The notes beneath the pieces are model-generated. The model was not told where the DNA came from. It worked only from the letters and a program-made list of their open reading frames with translations, and did no database searches. DNA of 64,000 nucleotides from the human T2T-CHM13v2.0 reference genome, Homo sapiens: NCBI RefSeq assembly GCF_009914755.1, contig NC_060935.1; one strand, 5' to 3'. How positions within the stretch are numbered: position 1 is the stretch's first letter; the number at the start of each line of letters is the position of its first letter. Shown piece by piece: positions 30,901 to 44,600 of the stretch. A program made the translations under genes and the position numbers.

Positions 30901-32559
30901 TTCAGTCATTACTAGACTTTTTCCACAGAATATGAGCTAAAAATATTCTATGTCATAACTGGCATGCTCTTAGCAAGTTCACTGGGTGATTTCATGGGCA
31001 CAAAGATAATCCTCTTGCCTGGAAAACCTCCTATTCTGTGGTGTCTGTAATCATATTACACAAAAAGGCCTTTCATTCTATAATTCAAGGAAAAGTTTCC
31101 AATTCAAACATTCCTGGAAGCGCTGGTTTGATAAAAGAGAGAAAAGAGAATTGAGGAGGCACTAATACTCCACAGGTGAAAAAGAAGGTGAATAAATTTA
31201 TTAAAACACACTTCTACTACCTCCTGGTTTTACCTAAAACCTACCCTTGTGCCTTTACTCATATTTATTTATCTATCTTAGAAGAAAGTTGCACCAAGAG
31301 TGGTCTAAGAACCAAAATCAAGCACCTTAACATGCTGAAACCCCCATCACTTCAAAGGGTCAGACTATGTTTTCTCTGATTCCATTTCTATTTGATTCCT
31401 TTGTGAGTTAAGACACTTTCACTGTCTCTGAAATTACATTGTTGTAAACACAGTAAAATGTATTTCTATATGAAGGGAAAATTAATAACCAACTTTCATA
31501 TAAGTTAATTTCCTCTTTTTCCTGTGGCTTTTCAGTGTTTCTATTGCATTCATAAAATTAATGTAGAGAGCTCTCGAAAGGATAATTAAATAAATTACTT
31601 TAGTTTTTACCCAGTGAGTATGTAGCCTACAAAATAATTTCTCTTTAGTAGCTTGTGAGTTACACTGGTCTATTCACTATGTGTTTGGAGTACTACTGAT
31701 AATCTCTCTTACAAATCTTAAACTACAAAAACATCTTCTCAGTATAGGATGATCTATTTGATACAGGCTCAATTAAACCCAGAATTTGTTTTAAATGAGC
31801 TACAGGTACTTCAGGCAATTCATCATTTGATTTTTGTTATAATTCAGCAAGTGGCCTATGCTCTTGGCAAAAGAACCAGACTGCTTCAGTACCATGGATA
31901 GTGTCTGGTTTCCACCCCCCCACCCCCCGACACCCTTAGTCCCTACCTTTGGGTTGTCTAGTATATGTATCTGCAACTTTCTTGGTCTTCACAATTTCTG
32001 GCAATAAATACACAAACTCAATGCTAAGTGTAAGAATAATGTTTATGTGTGAGTCAGCAGTTAAGAATCAAGAAAGTACCTGATTTGTCTTTTTAAATAA
32101 AAAATATAACTTTATCAGAAAAGAGACCAAAAGTTGAGTCAGGCATGTTAAAAATGAGAATCTATTCAAATTTTCTTCCTCCATCTACTGTCTTACTGTT
32201 CTAAAATTCATGCATATTTCTTAGGATTTCAACTCATCTCAACAGATACTTATTAAGTAACTATGACTAATGTAAAAGGGTCTCTTTTAACTCAGTCAAA
32301 CTAAATCAGAATTTGAGATATTTTTATCTCATCATAAAAGCTACTAGGTTCTAGGTCTTAAGGTCTTTGTGAAGAATTCTAAGATAGTTCTCAGACTGTG
32401 ATCATAAATCTTAGTTCAGGCAGTGTAAAAATATCACTTCAAAAATTATTTTTAAAAATCCTAAAGATTATTTTCTCAAAATGACTGTGATATTATAATG
32501 TTAACCAGAATAAGCCAATATAAAAATGATATTCCTTCATTCTAAAAGGAAAGAAATGC

Positions 32560-33277
32560 AGGTCTAAAATCCCTTATCAGAAATTCGTGGAGTCACATAT
32601 GGTTCAGAATTCAGGATTTTTTTACATTTTAGAAATATATTAAATTGTACATTATGTACCACCCCTTGTAGAGTCTGAGACAACACAAATAATCAAACAC
32701 TAGTATTAATTCACCAATACCTATTAATATTCACACAGGGTGGAAAAAGACTATAAATAGCTTCACATGTGATGTCGTTTGGCTCAGTGTCTCCACCCAA
32801 ATCTCACCTTGAATTGGAGTTGCCATAATCCCCTTGTGTTGTGGAAGGGACCTGGTGGGAGGTAATTTAATCATAGGGGCAGTTACCCTCATGCTGTTCT
32901 CGTGATAGTGAGTTCTCACGAGATTTGATGGTCTTATAAGGGGCTTTTCCCCCTTTTGCTCAACACTCCTCCTTCCTGCTGCCATGTGAAGAAGGACATG
33001 TTTGCTTCCCCTTCCACCATGGTTGTTAAGTTTCCTGAGGCCTCCCCAGCCATGCTGAACTGTGAGTCAATTAAACCTCTTTCCTTTATAAATTACCCAG
33101 TCTCAAGTATGTCTTTATTAGCAGTGTGAAAATGAACTAATACAACATGATTAGGAAAAAATTTTCTGCCAAATGAAATCAAATCAGACAGTTCAGGTTT
33201 TGCCATCCAAAGGGTTTCAAGGATACAACCTTCACCACTTTTAGATTTCACAATTTTGAAAATTAAATTGTGGACCT
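32560..33277. mobile_element. MER46C-like Tigger-derived MITE, split by a THE1 LTR
   Basis: 'caggtctaaaatcccttatcagaaat...ttcagaattcaggattttt' start; '...ttgtggacct' end. Confidence 0.55.
32770..33144 (+). mobile_element. Solo THE1 LTR (THE1C/D-like, 375 bp)
   Basis: TGAT...CTAATACA termini; perfect TSD ACATG at 32765-32769 and 33145-33149. Confidence 0.93.
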
Positions 33278-33279
33278 AG

Positions 33280-33490
33280 ATTTATTGAGCAGTAGGCATT
33301 AACATGCATTAAAATTTAATATTTATAACAAACATCTGAGGGATGTTTTACTAGTTCCATTTTATAGATAAGAATATGTGGACTCAGAGAAATTAAATAA
33401 CATGGCTAAGGTCACACATCAGTAAGAGGAGTAACTGAAAATCAAAGGAAATCTTTCAGCCTTCACCACCAGTGTTCTTCCTACTGCACC
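33280..33490 (-). mobile_element. MIR
   Basis: 'ccattttatagataagaa...actcagagaaattaaataac.tggctaaggtcacaca'. Confidence 0.75.
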
Positions 33491-35415
33491 AGCACCCTCA
33501 AAGAAGCTCCACCATGACAAGTAGTTGGACAGTCATTACTTCTGTCTACATTCCATTTAGACTCATAGATTAGAGAAGATAAATGCAGTATTATTCTTAT
33601 GAGCCACAATCAAACTGTAACTGGAGATTTCTTAAATTTCTCTAAATATGTTTGTGACAAGAAACTGTATTTTGTTTTATTCCACCTCAGGCATGAGAAA
33701 TAGGTTCCAGTCCCTAATATCATGACGTGTTGATGCCTTTGCTAAAAATCAGCTTTCCTTCTGATTTCAGGTTCTCATGAGTATTATCCTCCAATCATCA
33801 ACTGATGAAGATCACAAAACTTCACTCTCTGCAACTGACAGGAAATGAATTTGCAATATTTTCTGAGATATATCCAATTTTACCACCCTCTTCCTCCAAA
33901 AATTGTTTAAAACATGATCCCAGGCACTAAAATTTCTCCTACTGTTGTGATTGATGGAGGATTTTAAGTAATCTGAGAAATGGAAAAGTCACTAGTTATT
34001 GGCTAGTGTAACTTATAATGTACAAAGCAAGGGTCTAAGGCCCTGATTCACATTTTCTATCACTTTATAGGGCTTTCACTGCATTTAATTATGACTGAAA
34101 ACAAATAGAAGTAAACAAATATTTACAAAGTAAACTAATTGTGATGATGTATTTATCCACCACTGCCTAAGGTATTATTCTCAAAAACAATCCCAATTAG
34201 CAGAAGTAGACTTTGGAGAACTACAGGTAAAGAAGGAGGTGACCTGAGACACCCCCAGCCAAACAATGCAAACAATTTATCAATATGCATAGACATGACT
34301 TCACAGATCACTAGACAATCTTTAAAAGCAGTCAAGTTATCATGTATGGACATCAATTCCATTAGCATCACTGGCTTTTTCAGTTACATTTTTAATCTGG
34401 AGAATGTTACTATCCCCAAATTGGCAGCCTATTTGGCAAAGAGAAATTCCATACTGTTAATCTATGTTAAAGACAGATGAAACTGTGTACAAAACCAAAC
34501 AAGTGCCCTGAACTGAGATGTGCCAGTATGTTAAATACCAATGTATTTGACCCTGTGGGTGAGTCAGCCAAAGGAGACCAATATAGGGAAATGGTTTCGT
34601 ACAATAGTGGCTGAGAACATAGTTTCTGGGAAAGGCTGAGCCTTAACTCTGCCACCTATCATCAGCATGACCTTGGACAACTTATCTACTATGTCAAAAT
34701 TTTCCATATTGGACATGTATTACTTTCATGGTAAGAAAATAATTAAATTCGTTAACTGAAAAAAGCTGCCCTTACCATCTAAAACTAAGTTATGCTTCAT
34801 ACACATGTATAGGGCATCCAGAGGTCAGGAAAAATGATCAAACCAATATATGGGAGAAAATTGTGTCAGAGAAAGAACATGAGCTAGCATTGTCCCTTAT
34901 AAATCTGTCATTACTATGAGTTTCAGTTTCCTCATACTTCCTCATCAGAATATCTACCTAGCAGAATTGCTAAGAGATTTGTACTCTTTAAAAATCCAGC
35001 CTTGTGCCAAGTGCATTGTACATGTTCAAAAAATAATAGCTATCATTTTTATGATACATATGATGCCTCTACGTTTTCTTTAAACCCTAAACTAAATAAG
35101 TTCACAAAGATTGTTAAGGGAAATGTTTTCTTTTTATGCTAGCTATGAGTTTATTTTCTGAACATATTAAACCCCCAACCCTCTCCTCCTGTAGGGAGAA
35201 CAGTCTGTTGACTTTGGATCCAATTGAATTGAAACAGCCTGTATCCAGGTGATATCCAGGATGTCTACTCGGGAGGAATCCAGACACCGAGGAAAGCCCA
35301 ATCTGGTGCTGGGGAATAACTTGGCAGGCACAGAAATATACAGGGAGAGAAAAAGCTGCAGACAAAAGTGTCCAACTAATGGGAAAAGCCACTGAAAGAA
35401 TAGGAACCAGAATCA

Positions 35416-35466
35416 GATGATGATGATGATGATGATGATGACGACGACGACGACAACAACGATGAC
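35416..35466. repeat. Compound trinucleotide microsatellite (GAT)8(GAC)5(AAC)2
   Basis: Read directly; abuts a MIR fragment. Confidence 0.95.
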
Positions 35467-36129
35467 AAAGAAGATGGTGATGAGAAAACTGAATCACAGA
35501 GTAGTTAAGGGAATTGGTTATGTTCATACAGCAGGTAAGGGATATAATTTAAATTTGAATCTTAGAAATCTGGCTCCAAAGCTTTTGCTCTTAACCCAAA
35601 AACAATGAGCTGTACACAATTCCCAGTCCACACAAAAGTGGAAGGGCAGCCTACTTCACCTCTGTGAGAGCAGATCCAGAAACCTGCCTTATGTCTACCA
35701 CTCAGAGCTTGGCCTTCACACTCAACTACTATTTCTCACTCCAAACCAGGTTTCCTGACTGCTCAAAGCAACCAGCCCTGTTTGTGATGATATGGGTAAA
35801 TAAATCCCTGTGGACTCTCTCTCTCTCTTTTCTCTCACTCTCTTGCTCTCTCTCTCTCTCTCTGCTTAATAATGTTCAAATGTCTCCTGTCATCCTATCA
35901 TGCTCCTGGGAGCCTTTCACTTTTTACAATAGATCCATTCATTGGCTGTCATCTGCCAGAGAGCAGAGTCTTCATCTTTGTAAGTAATGACTCAAAACTT
36001 CTATCCTGGATTGACCTTTCCCACTGGTAGTGTTGGCAGTGACTTCCATGGCATGATACATAGGACTCCAAGAAGGTCTTTGCAACAAAATTTTCTTCCT
36101 AGTTATCATCTGAAATGCCATTATTAACA

Positions 36130-36550
36130 TTTTACTTCTTTAAGTTTAACATTTTCTTCTCCCTGCTACTCCAACAAAGATAATAGTTATGTTCCCCAAG
36201 ATATCTGCACAGCTCTCTTCTTTACTTTCTTCTGATCTTTGCTCAAATGTCAGCAATTCCTTCCATGATGGCCCTACTGAAATTTCAACCCCACCACCAT
36301 CCCTCCTCTTTCCAGCTTTATTTTTTTCCATAGCATTACCACCATCTGACACATATGTCCCTTATTTCTATATTTATTTATTTTACCTCCATTCCAACTT
36401 GAATGTAAATTCCATGAAAGCAGACATTTTATATATAGAATTTTGTCCACAGCTGTAATCTTGGAACTAGAACAGTGCCTAAGATGTAGTAAGTGCTCAA
36501 TAGTGTTTGCTGAATGAGTAAATTAATCAGCAATCAATGAATAAATGAAT
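36130..36550 (+). mobile_element. L2 3' end
   Basis: 'tttgctcaaatgtca', 'gaatgtaaattccatgaaagcagaca', 'ctagaacagtgcct...gtaagtgctcaat...tgaatga'. Confidence 0.8.
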
Positions 36551-36558
36551 TAATTGTA

Positions 36559-37099
36559 TGGTAGTCCCCCCTTATCCGTGGGACATATGTTTGAAAACCC
36601 CCAGTAGATGCCTGAAACCATAGGTAGTACCAAATCCTATAAAAACTGGGTTTTTTTTTCTATCCATACATACCCATGATGCAGCTTAATTTATAAATGA
36701 GGCACGGAAAGAGATTAACAACAACAATAATAAAATGTAACAATTACAGCAATATGTCAGCATCAGTACCCTTGCACTTTGGGGCCATTATGGAATCAAA
36801 TAAGGGTGACAAACACGAGCACTGCAATACCATCACAGTCGATCTGATAACCGAGCTGGCTACTCATTGAGTAAAGGGTGGGGAGTGTAGGCAGTGTGAA
36901 TATGCTGGACAAGGGGATGATTCCCATCCTAGGTGGAACAGCAGGACTGGGTGAGACCCTGGGTGCCCAGAATGTTACACAATTTAAAATTCATTGATTG
37001 TTTACTTCTGGAATTTTTCATTTAATATTGTCAGACCACGGTTGATCATGGGTAACTGAAACCTCAAAAAGCAAAACTGTGGACAAGGAGGGACTACTG
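36559..37099. mobile_element. MER44B-like (Tigger7-derived) non-autonomous DNA transposon
   Basis: TIRs (tg)GTAGTCCCCCCTTATCC and GGACAAGGAGGGACTACTG; TA dinucleotide at both ends; 541 bp. Confidence 0.85.
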
Positions 37100-37240
37100 T
37101 ATATTCTGTGTAAATTGGTTCTCAGGATTGTTTTCTTTAACAGAGATGATCAAGCAGGATAAGAGCCTGGAAATCTGGGAGAAGTCATGTGAAAAATAAT
37201 GTGGAAAGTAGAAAAGAGAACTAAAGAGTCCTACTCACAT

Positions 37241-37604
37241 TGTGTTCATCCATTTTCATGCTGCTAATAAAGACATGACCAAGACTGGGTAATTTACAAA
37301 GGAAAGAGGTTTAATTGACTCAGAGTTCCACATGGCTGGGGAGGCCTCACAATCATGGTGGAAGGTGAATGAGGAGCAAAGTCACGTCTTACATGGCAGC
37401 AGGCAAGAGAATGTGTGCAGGGGAACTCCCCTTTATAAAACCATCAGATCTCATGAGACTTATTCACTATCACAAGGACAGCACAAGAAAGACCTGCCCC
37501 CATGATTCAATTATCTCCCACTGTGTGTCTCCCATGACATGTGGGAATTGTGGGAGTTACAATTCAAGATTAGATTTGGTTGGGGACACAGCCAAACCAT
37601 ATCA
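37241..37604 (-). mobile_element. Solo THE1 LTR (THE1B-like, 364 bp)
   Basis: Reverse complement of THE1; perfect TSD CACAT at 37236-37240 and 37605-37609. Confidence 0.93.
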
Positions 37605-38299
37605 CACATCTTTGGGGAACATTTTTCCAATATTCCATAGTATCACCTTAAAAATTACTTTTTAAAAGTCAGGGAAAATATATGATTTCATGATGCTCAT
37701 TATAATTTAATTGTCCCCCATTGAATGTAGGTTCTGGTGAATATATTTTTACATTTCTTCCTTCAATGATGCACGTATTAATTATTACATTTCCCCACTA
37801 CTTTCTGTACATTTGTATGTGTGACCATGAATGTGTCCCCTTGCTCATTTCAGCTTGCATTTTTATTTCTTTTATTTCTTTCTTCTACTTTTCTGTATCT
37901 TCCCCACAACCTCTGAAGCCAAAGCAATTCATCCAGACCCAAAATTCAGGAGGCTCCACAAGGACCATAAACAGCAGGACCTGTAAATAAAAGTTTGTCT
38001 ATTCTCTCTTATGGACTATTGAGAAGAGAGTTTGTCAGAAGAAGAAAAATTCTTTAAGACATTATTTTCAGCAAAGCTGTCACTGTTTTGAAATTATTAG
38101 GCCCAAAGTTAAATGTAAAAGCACTGAATACTTTCCATGGTTTTATATAAATGAATATTATCTAGGTCAGCTTTTAAGTTTTAATAGTATAATTAATACA
38201 TCTCCTTTGTGTGTGTGTGTTTTTTAAGTTTTCCATCCTATTTAATGTGACTTTATTACACCTTGAAACCATGTGTTCCCTAGAGTGTTCCCGGCTCCA

Positions 38300-38515
38300 G
38301 ACTGGGCCCTCTTCTCCTTTCTGTTTATAATAGGGGGATTCCCAGTGCACTAGAAAACATGTATATGCTGATAATTTTCTAACATTTCTCTCTAGTCTTT
38401 ATCTCTCCCCTGAGGGCCAGACTCGTAGATCCACTTGCTCCCTGGATACCTCCATTCAAATACATAATCCACAACTCAAACATGACAGGTCTAAAATGGA
38501 ACTTTTGATTTCTAC
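38300..38515 (+). mobile_element. L2 internal fragment
   Basis: 'tatatgctgata', 'ctctcccctgag..ccagactcgta.atcca.ttg', 'ctcaaac.t.aca.gtctaaaa'. Confidence 0.65.
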
Positions 38516-38967
38516 CCAGAATTAAACAGTTTAGAAGGTGCATTAAACACAACATTTCTATGAGCCTTTCATAGGCCGGTGCATGTTGTTAATTTCCAAC
38601 AGTTTCCCAGACTTGAGAAGTGCTGTTCTGGAACACCCTTTGGAAATACTGTTCTGGAACCAAAGAGCTTTGAAATAAAACCTATGGTTTTCTGCTAGAA
38701 CCAAGCTAATGGAGTGAAGCATGCTGCTCTGGAGCAATGGCACTCCTAGAAGCATCAGGGTGCAGAGAAAGGCTGGACTGCCTACATACAGCTGATCATC
38801 TGATTCGTTGGAGCAGCTATGATGTAACTGACTTCAACTCACAATAATAACAATAATAATAATAAAGAGATGTGTTAGGAAGAGTCTGACCTGATGCCTT
38901 CATTTGAGAAAATCTCCAAGGACTTGCAAAATCATCCAAACCCAATTCTGGGTCAAGAGAGAAGAGG

Positions 38968-39288
<321 letters not shown>

Positions 39289-39699
39289 TCAGTCTGGCCA
39301 CAGCCTATGTCTGAGAGTTTTTAAAAGACACTGACATTGGCCAAACTTTTAATGATGTACATTCTTCCAATTTAGCATTCAGTTTTAATATATGTAATTT
39401 TCAAACTGCATCCTTTCAAGATTGGCAGAAAAGCTTTTTTCCTGAATCTCTCCACCCACCTCATGCCCCCCATTATGTCTGTGCCTTTCCCCTAGGTCTG
39501 TGCAATGTCTACCATTCCAATCCCATGTGAGTTTTTAAAAGATGACTTCCATTTTGTATCTATGTCATGAAATCATAAAGATGAGGAGATGAGGGGATAA
39601 ATTGCCCTGCTTCTTCCAGGAAAAAGTAAGTGCATTCCTACAAAATGATGGTGGCAGTGACTCAGCAGTCAGAGGCCATTATCATACTAAGAATTCTAT

Positions 39700-39935
39700 T
39701 GTAGTAGAAAAAGAACTGGTTCTGGAGTCAGGCTGACTTTAGTTCCCACTCTGGTTTAGCCACACAGTTATTCTGTGCTCTTCTAAGTTAATTAACTGCT
39801 AAGAGCTTTAGTTACTTCATAAATGAAACAAGCACCACCAAACCCAACTTGAAGGGTCACGGTGAGAATTATTTATTTTTGTATTTATGCATTTAATGTA
39901 CCTAGGCAGTGCCTGTCTCATAGGAGGCCCTTATT
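39700..39935 (+). mobile_element. MIR
   Basis: 'gtagtagaaaaagaactggttctggagtcagg', 'cagtgcctg..tcatag'. Confidence 0.65.
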
Positions 39936-40939
39936 ATTAGAGAATTAACTCTTCAGCCCCACAGTACAATTTTAAAGCATTACCATTTTAATATTTACTA
40001 CATTTTAAGTCCTGCAGGAAGCTGCTTCTAAAAAAGAGAAGATTTATAATCTGAATAGATTAGAGTGTCATAAAGCACAATGAAGCATGCAACAGGCTCT
40101 ATAAAAAACCATAAATAAGGTACCATGCATGCATTATGCCGTCAACTGTCGATTATTCTGTAAGGAAGGAAAGCAGATGGGGTCAGTCCAAAAGAGTAAG
40201 TAATCAAAAAAAAAAAAGGCAACTCTTAGATTTGTCTCGACATTTGCATTGAACTCAGATGTATGTGATGTGATGTTCAGGGAAAGTTTTTAATGTGTTT
40301 TCCATAAGAAATCCTGACTTCGGACAATCGGCCTGGTCACAGCACTTTCCTACATCTGCTCCCACACAGGCACCAGGCAGCTCCTCAAGCAGGCTGATCC
40401 AAAAAAAAAGCAGTGTGAGCCGAGGTTTCACTCACTCAAACCTCCCCAGCCATGGAGACAGCTCCATTCCTTGGATAATATCTGCATGTGCAATAAGTAC
40501 ACATGGAATGAATATGGAAATACCAACAGAGCAAGTGATTAGGAATCACCACAGATAAAGCAAAACATATGTAATTAGATTATAGAAATTTGGGTGTGCT
40601 GTCCTTTGGCAATAGTTTATCATATTAGTTTGGGCATGACAGAAAACCAGCAGCAGAGATGATGTTAGTGTGGTGTAGGTACTAAAGTGAACATCCGTAG
40701 GAACACAGCCCCATTGAGCACTTGTGTTGAGCTTGGCATTGGTAATTAGAGACAAAGACGGCACTTCAGTCCCATGGAGACTGTCAAACTGTAGGCCTAT
40801 ATTTTGAAACTCCTTAAAAATGCAATCTCAGCTCTATAGAAAATAAGCCTCCATTGGCTTAAAAAGCTATCCCAAGTGAGCAAAAGTCTCCTCCAGGCCA
40901 AAAGAAAAAAAAAAAAAACCTACGTATATAGACATCACT

Positions 40940-41459
40940 GTTTGAAAAAAAAAAATGGTCTCATTCATGCCCCTCCTGGTATCCAAATCACTAGTAATGT
41001 GACTATGCAGATTCTCCCACAAAGAGGTGGAGTTTATTTCTTCACCCCTCCAATCAGGATTGGCCTTGGGGCTTGCTTGCTTAACAGAATGTGGCAATAG
41101 GGAATGTGTGTGAGTTTCTGAGCATGGGCCTTAAGAAACCTTGCAGCTTCCACATCCACACTCCCTCAGAATCTTGCCCAGTGGCCATAGGGACAAGTCT
41201 GGGCTAACCAGCTGTTGGATGACCTCCCATATGGAACAAAGATAACCTATCTCCACTGAAGCCAACCAAACCAACCAGCTGCAAGACTGCCTGGCAGTTG
41301 ACAGAAGATGAATAAATGAATCCAGTGCAAACTAGAAAAGCCAATTAGCTGAACCCAGCTCACATTTCTAACCAACAGAATTTTAAGGTAAATAAATGGT
41401 TACTTCTTAAACCACTATGTTTTGGGGTGATGTGTTATACAGCAAATCTAACTAATACA
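40940..41459 (+). mobile_element. MaLR LTR (MLT1F/G/H-type)
   Basis: 'aatgtgact.tgcag.ttctccca.aaagaggtggagttt', '...ttaaaccacta.gttttgggg...ctaactaataca'. Confidence 0.75.
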
Positions 41460-43884
41460 CCATTCCAAGAAGAGATGTTTGAAAAACAAGCTTCAACATC
41501 CAACATGGATGATCCTGGGTGTGGGAAGAGGATTTCTGGGTGAAGGATGATTACTGAGATTAGAGCAAAGAAACTCTGAAGGTGGGGTGCGGCTCATCAC
41601 TTCATGAGCCTCTACATAGCATTTTGCTTCAGTTGTAGTAATCAGCAGAAGGGGCTAAATTTCTATGGTTTCCTTACATTTGTTAAATAGCTACAATGAA
41701 CAACTTATTGTGATTTTACCAAGAGATAAAGGCCAAATTCTGTGATCTCCAGCAAAATGGTTTCTTCCAGTTCAACAATGTTTCACATGTGTTAGAACTT
41801 GCCCAAAGACAAACCTGACTGAAGGCCTCTGAGTCTCTCATATTGAGACTACTTTCCCTGTTTTTTAGATTTAATGGCAACAATTTCTGGGAAATATCTG
41901 AGGGCCTAGAATTGCCTTTGGGAACTGGTCTAAAAAGACTCAACTGCATTCATCTTTACTTAAATCTTCTTCTGTGGATTCCCCCAAGAGAATGAAATTT
42001 AGTTTGACAAGAGTGTGCTTCACAAGGCCATTTGTTAAAGCAATTTATTTCAGTCATTTAAGTTACAATTTAAAAAGAACCATCATAAGCCTTCACAACC
42101 TTTTATAGGTGACAGACCACACAAATTATAGCACATTGTCCCTGTTTCTTTAAAAAGCAAATTACTCTGGACCCATAGAGAATGCTAGGTTTAATGTTCA
42201 GTAACAGGACTTGGGCATAAACTAGACCAGCTGACATCTGCAAAGCAGGCACCGGTTAGGCTGGGAGGAAAGAGAAGAAATTCACTTACACTTAGAAGTC
42301 TTCCTTGTGGTGGGGAGAAAGGAAAGTTTGGGGTAAAGTTTTAAATGTAGCAAACACTCAAGAGAAGATGCTTAGGGTGGACAAAAAGAACATAAGAACA
42401 TGTAGGATGAGGTATAATTATTGGAACAAAAGTCAGTTCAGACAGAAGCTCTGGGTTGACATTTACTCCTCTATAAGATTAATGAGAGGAAAAAATGGGT
42501 AGCTAGACGAAGAGGTAAAACTCTTACTCTTTTAGTCCTCAATAAAGGGTGCTAAATCCCCTTACCCATGGCAGTGTTTAGGGCTTTGCCCCCCTCTCTC
42601 TGATGCTTACTTTTCAAAGGCAATAAACTGACAAAAGCTGCCATTTCCAAGTACCTGTAACTGCCCAGCCCTCTCTAATCCTGGCCCTTTCAGGACAGGA
42701 AGAGCTGGGGCTAATGGCTCTTGTATAAAAGCAGTTTGATGGAAGGAAAGAAACAACAAGGGAGCTCTGCAGTCAATATCAGGCTCTCTGAGACAGGAGG
42801 ACAATGAGCATTTGACCTTTCGGGTGTGTGGCTGCCTCACCATTCATGTCTCATCTGAGCACCGAGTCTCACCTGCTCTCTCAGAGTCAATGTATCACAA
42901 GAGCTCTCTGTTCAGGCAGACAGAATAAAAATAGTCATCTCCTCTTGACAGGATTCTTCACTACCTTGTGCTGTTCTTTCAGTATTCTCCCTGCCTGTGC
43001 TCCTCTTGTGCTCAAGATTTTAATTCTTAGGGCCTGAATGGAGAAATTGCAATTTTATGGAAATACACACACACACGGCAATAAAACACATGCCATGGCC
43101 AGTCAGTTCTGTTGGTTAACTCTACAGTTACATTCAGGAAAAAATGAGGCCAAGAGATAAAGAGTGATTCTCCAGACAGGCAGCCAAACACCATCATCCC
43201 AACATCTACCTCGGGAGTGTTAAGGTAGAAAGCTCAGTACTGATCCAACCCAACAGTGATAAAATGAATCAACCACCATAGCCAAGGATTGCAGGTCAAG
43301 AGTGCCATTATCTTAAACAAAGAACAACTCATTACAAAGCATCATATCTCTTTTCCCCATTCAGAAATCATACCCTTTTCCACCCATGGGGAAATTGTAA
43401 GACTTTACCCAATTGGAATGCTGGTTTCCTTCTTCTCATTACTTTCTAAAAATCACCTCTAGAAGACTTGAGAACATGTCACTACAAAGAGCAAACCTTC
43501 AAAATAGTCAAGAGGTACTGACCTCATTTACAAGTTTTTTTGAAGCCAACATAAAAGACCTATGAAAACAGATGTCCTTGGAGACATTCCCTCAGCAGTA
43601 ATATTAAAGAAACTGCCTCAGCTCCCTTCCTTCCAAAGTAAGCCACATGGGCACGGCAACTGAACTCAATGCCCAGGTGCACGGATGTGGATGTGTTTTT
43701 GAGATGAAATGCTGCCAATACGATAGATCTTTTTTCAAAAGTCCACAGTTGTATGTCCATTGACTACTTGTCAAACTTTCCTCATGGTGTTTTCACATTG
43801 CACAAGTCAGCAGCAATTTTCTTTGGTACTACTCCATGGTTGTTGCATACTGCCAGACCTGCCAGCTACCATCTCATTATCTAA

Positions 43885-44130
43885 CAGCTCCCATTATGTA
43901 GCACTTACTGTATACCTGGTACTGCACAAAAGACTTCACATACAGTAGCTCATTTAATTCACAAGTATATATATTTGTATATAGCATATATAATTATCCA
44001 CTTTTGACAGGTCATAAAATAGCTTAGAGAAGATGAGTGGCTTGCCTAAGGTTATAAAAAAAAATAACAGAGATCAGGACTCAAAACTTTGTCTAACTGG
44101 CTCCAGAGCCCAAGTTCTTAATGACTATCC
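43885..44130 (-). mobile_element. MIR
   Basis: 'tagcacttactgtatacctgg.actg', 'agtggcttgcctaaggtta', 'gtctaactggctccagagcc'. Confidence 0.65.
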
Positions 44131-44434
44131 TTAATTGTCCTTTAGTTAATTCTTTCACCTGATAATGGAATCTACCATGTCCTGGAAGGCTTCCTGAATT
44201 AATTGCCTGCCTCTATCTGGACTGACTATTGTCATCCCAGGCAATCAAGCTAGAATCACTTACCAAAATGTGTAACCTCTTCCTGCTCAAGGTCCCATGA
44301 GCTATTCTGACCTCTAAGTCTGGGAACAGCATTCAAATGTATTCTGTCGTCCTAATACCCAGCACTCTCCTATGAGACTGCTACCAACAGGTACTTCAAT
44401 TAAAGTGTGGGTAATTCAGTGGTCAGGGGTGCCT

Positions 44435-44600
44435 GTCTGGAGTTAGTCACCTCTGGATTAGAATAGTAGCTCCATTATTTACTACCAGTGTGGCTTTGGG
44501 CAAGTTCCTTCACCTCACATATTTCAGTTTCCTCATACGTAAAAGAAGAAAAATCCCATTGTCTCACCTCCTATATGACAGTTTGGATAATTACACAGTA
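44435..44600 (+). mobile_element. MIR
   Basis: 'tgtggctttgggcaagttccttcacctc...tcagtttcctcatacgtaaaa'. Confidence 0.7.

Noticed and set aside
31593-31650. Plus-strand microexon-like strings (tttag..gtgagt, twice), and a minus-strand ag|ATG|gtaagg at 34776-34778
   Set aside because: Polypyrimidine tracts are short or weak, and there is no paralogy or structural support; such strings are expected by chance in AT-rich DNA.
35114-35608. Poly-His (minus) and poly-Met/Thr (plus) ORFs
   Set aside because: They are translations of the (GAT)(GAC)(AAC) microsatellite and adjacent MIR, with no other coding features.
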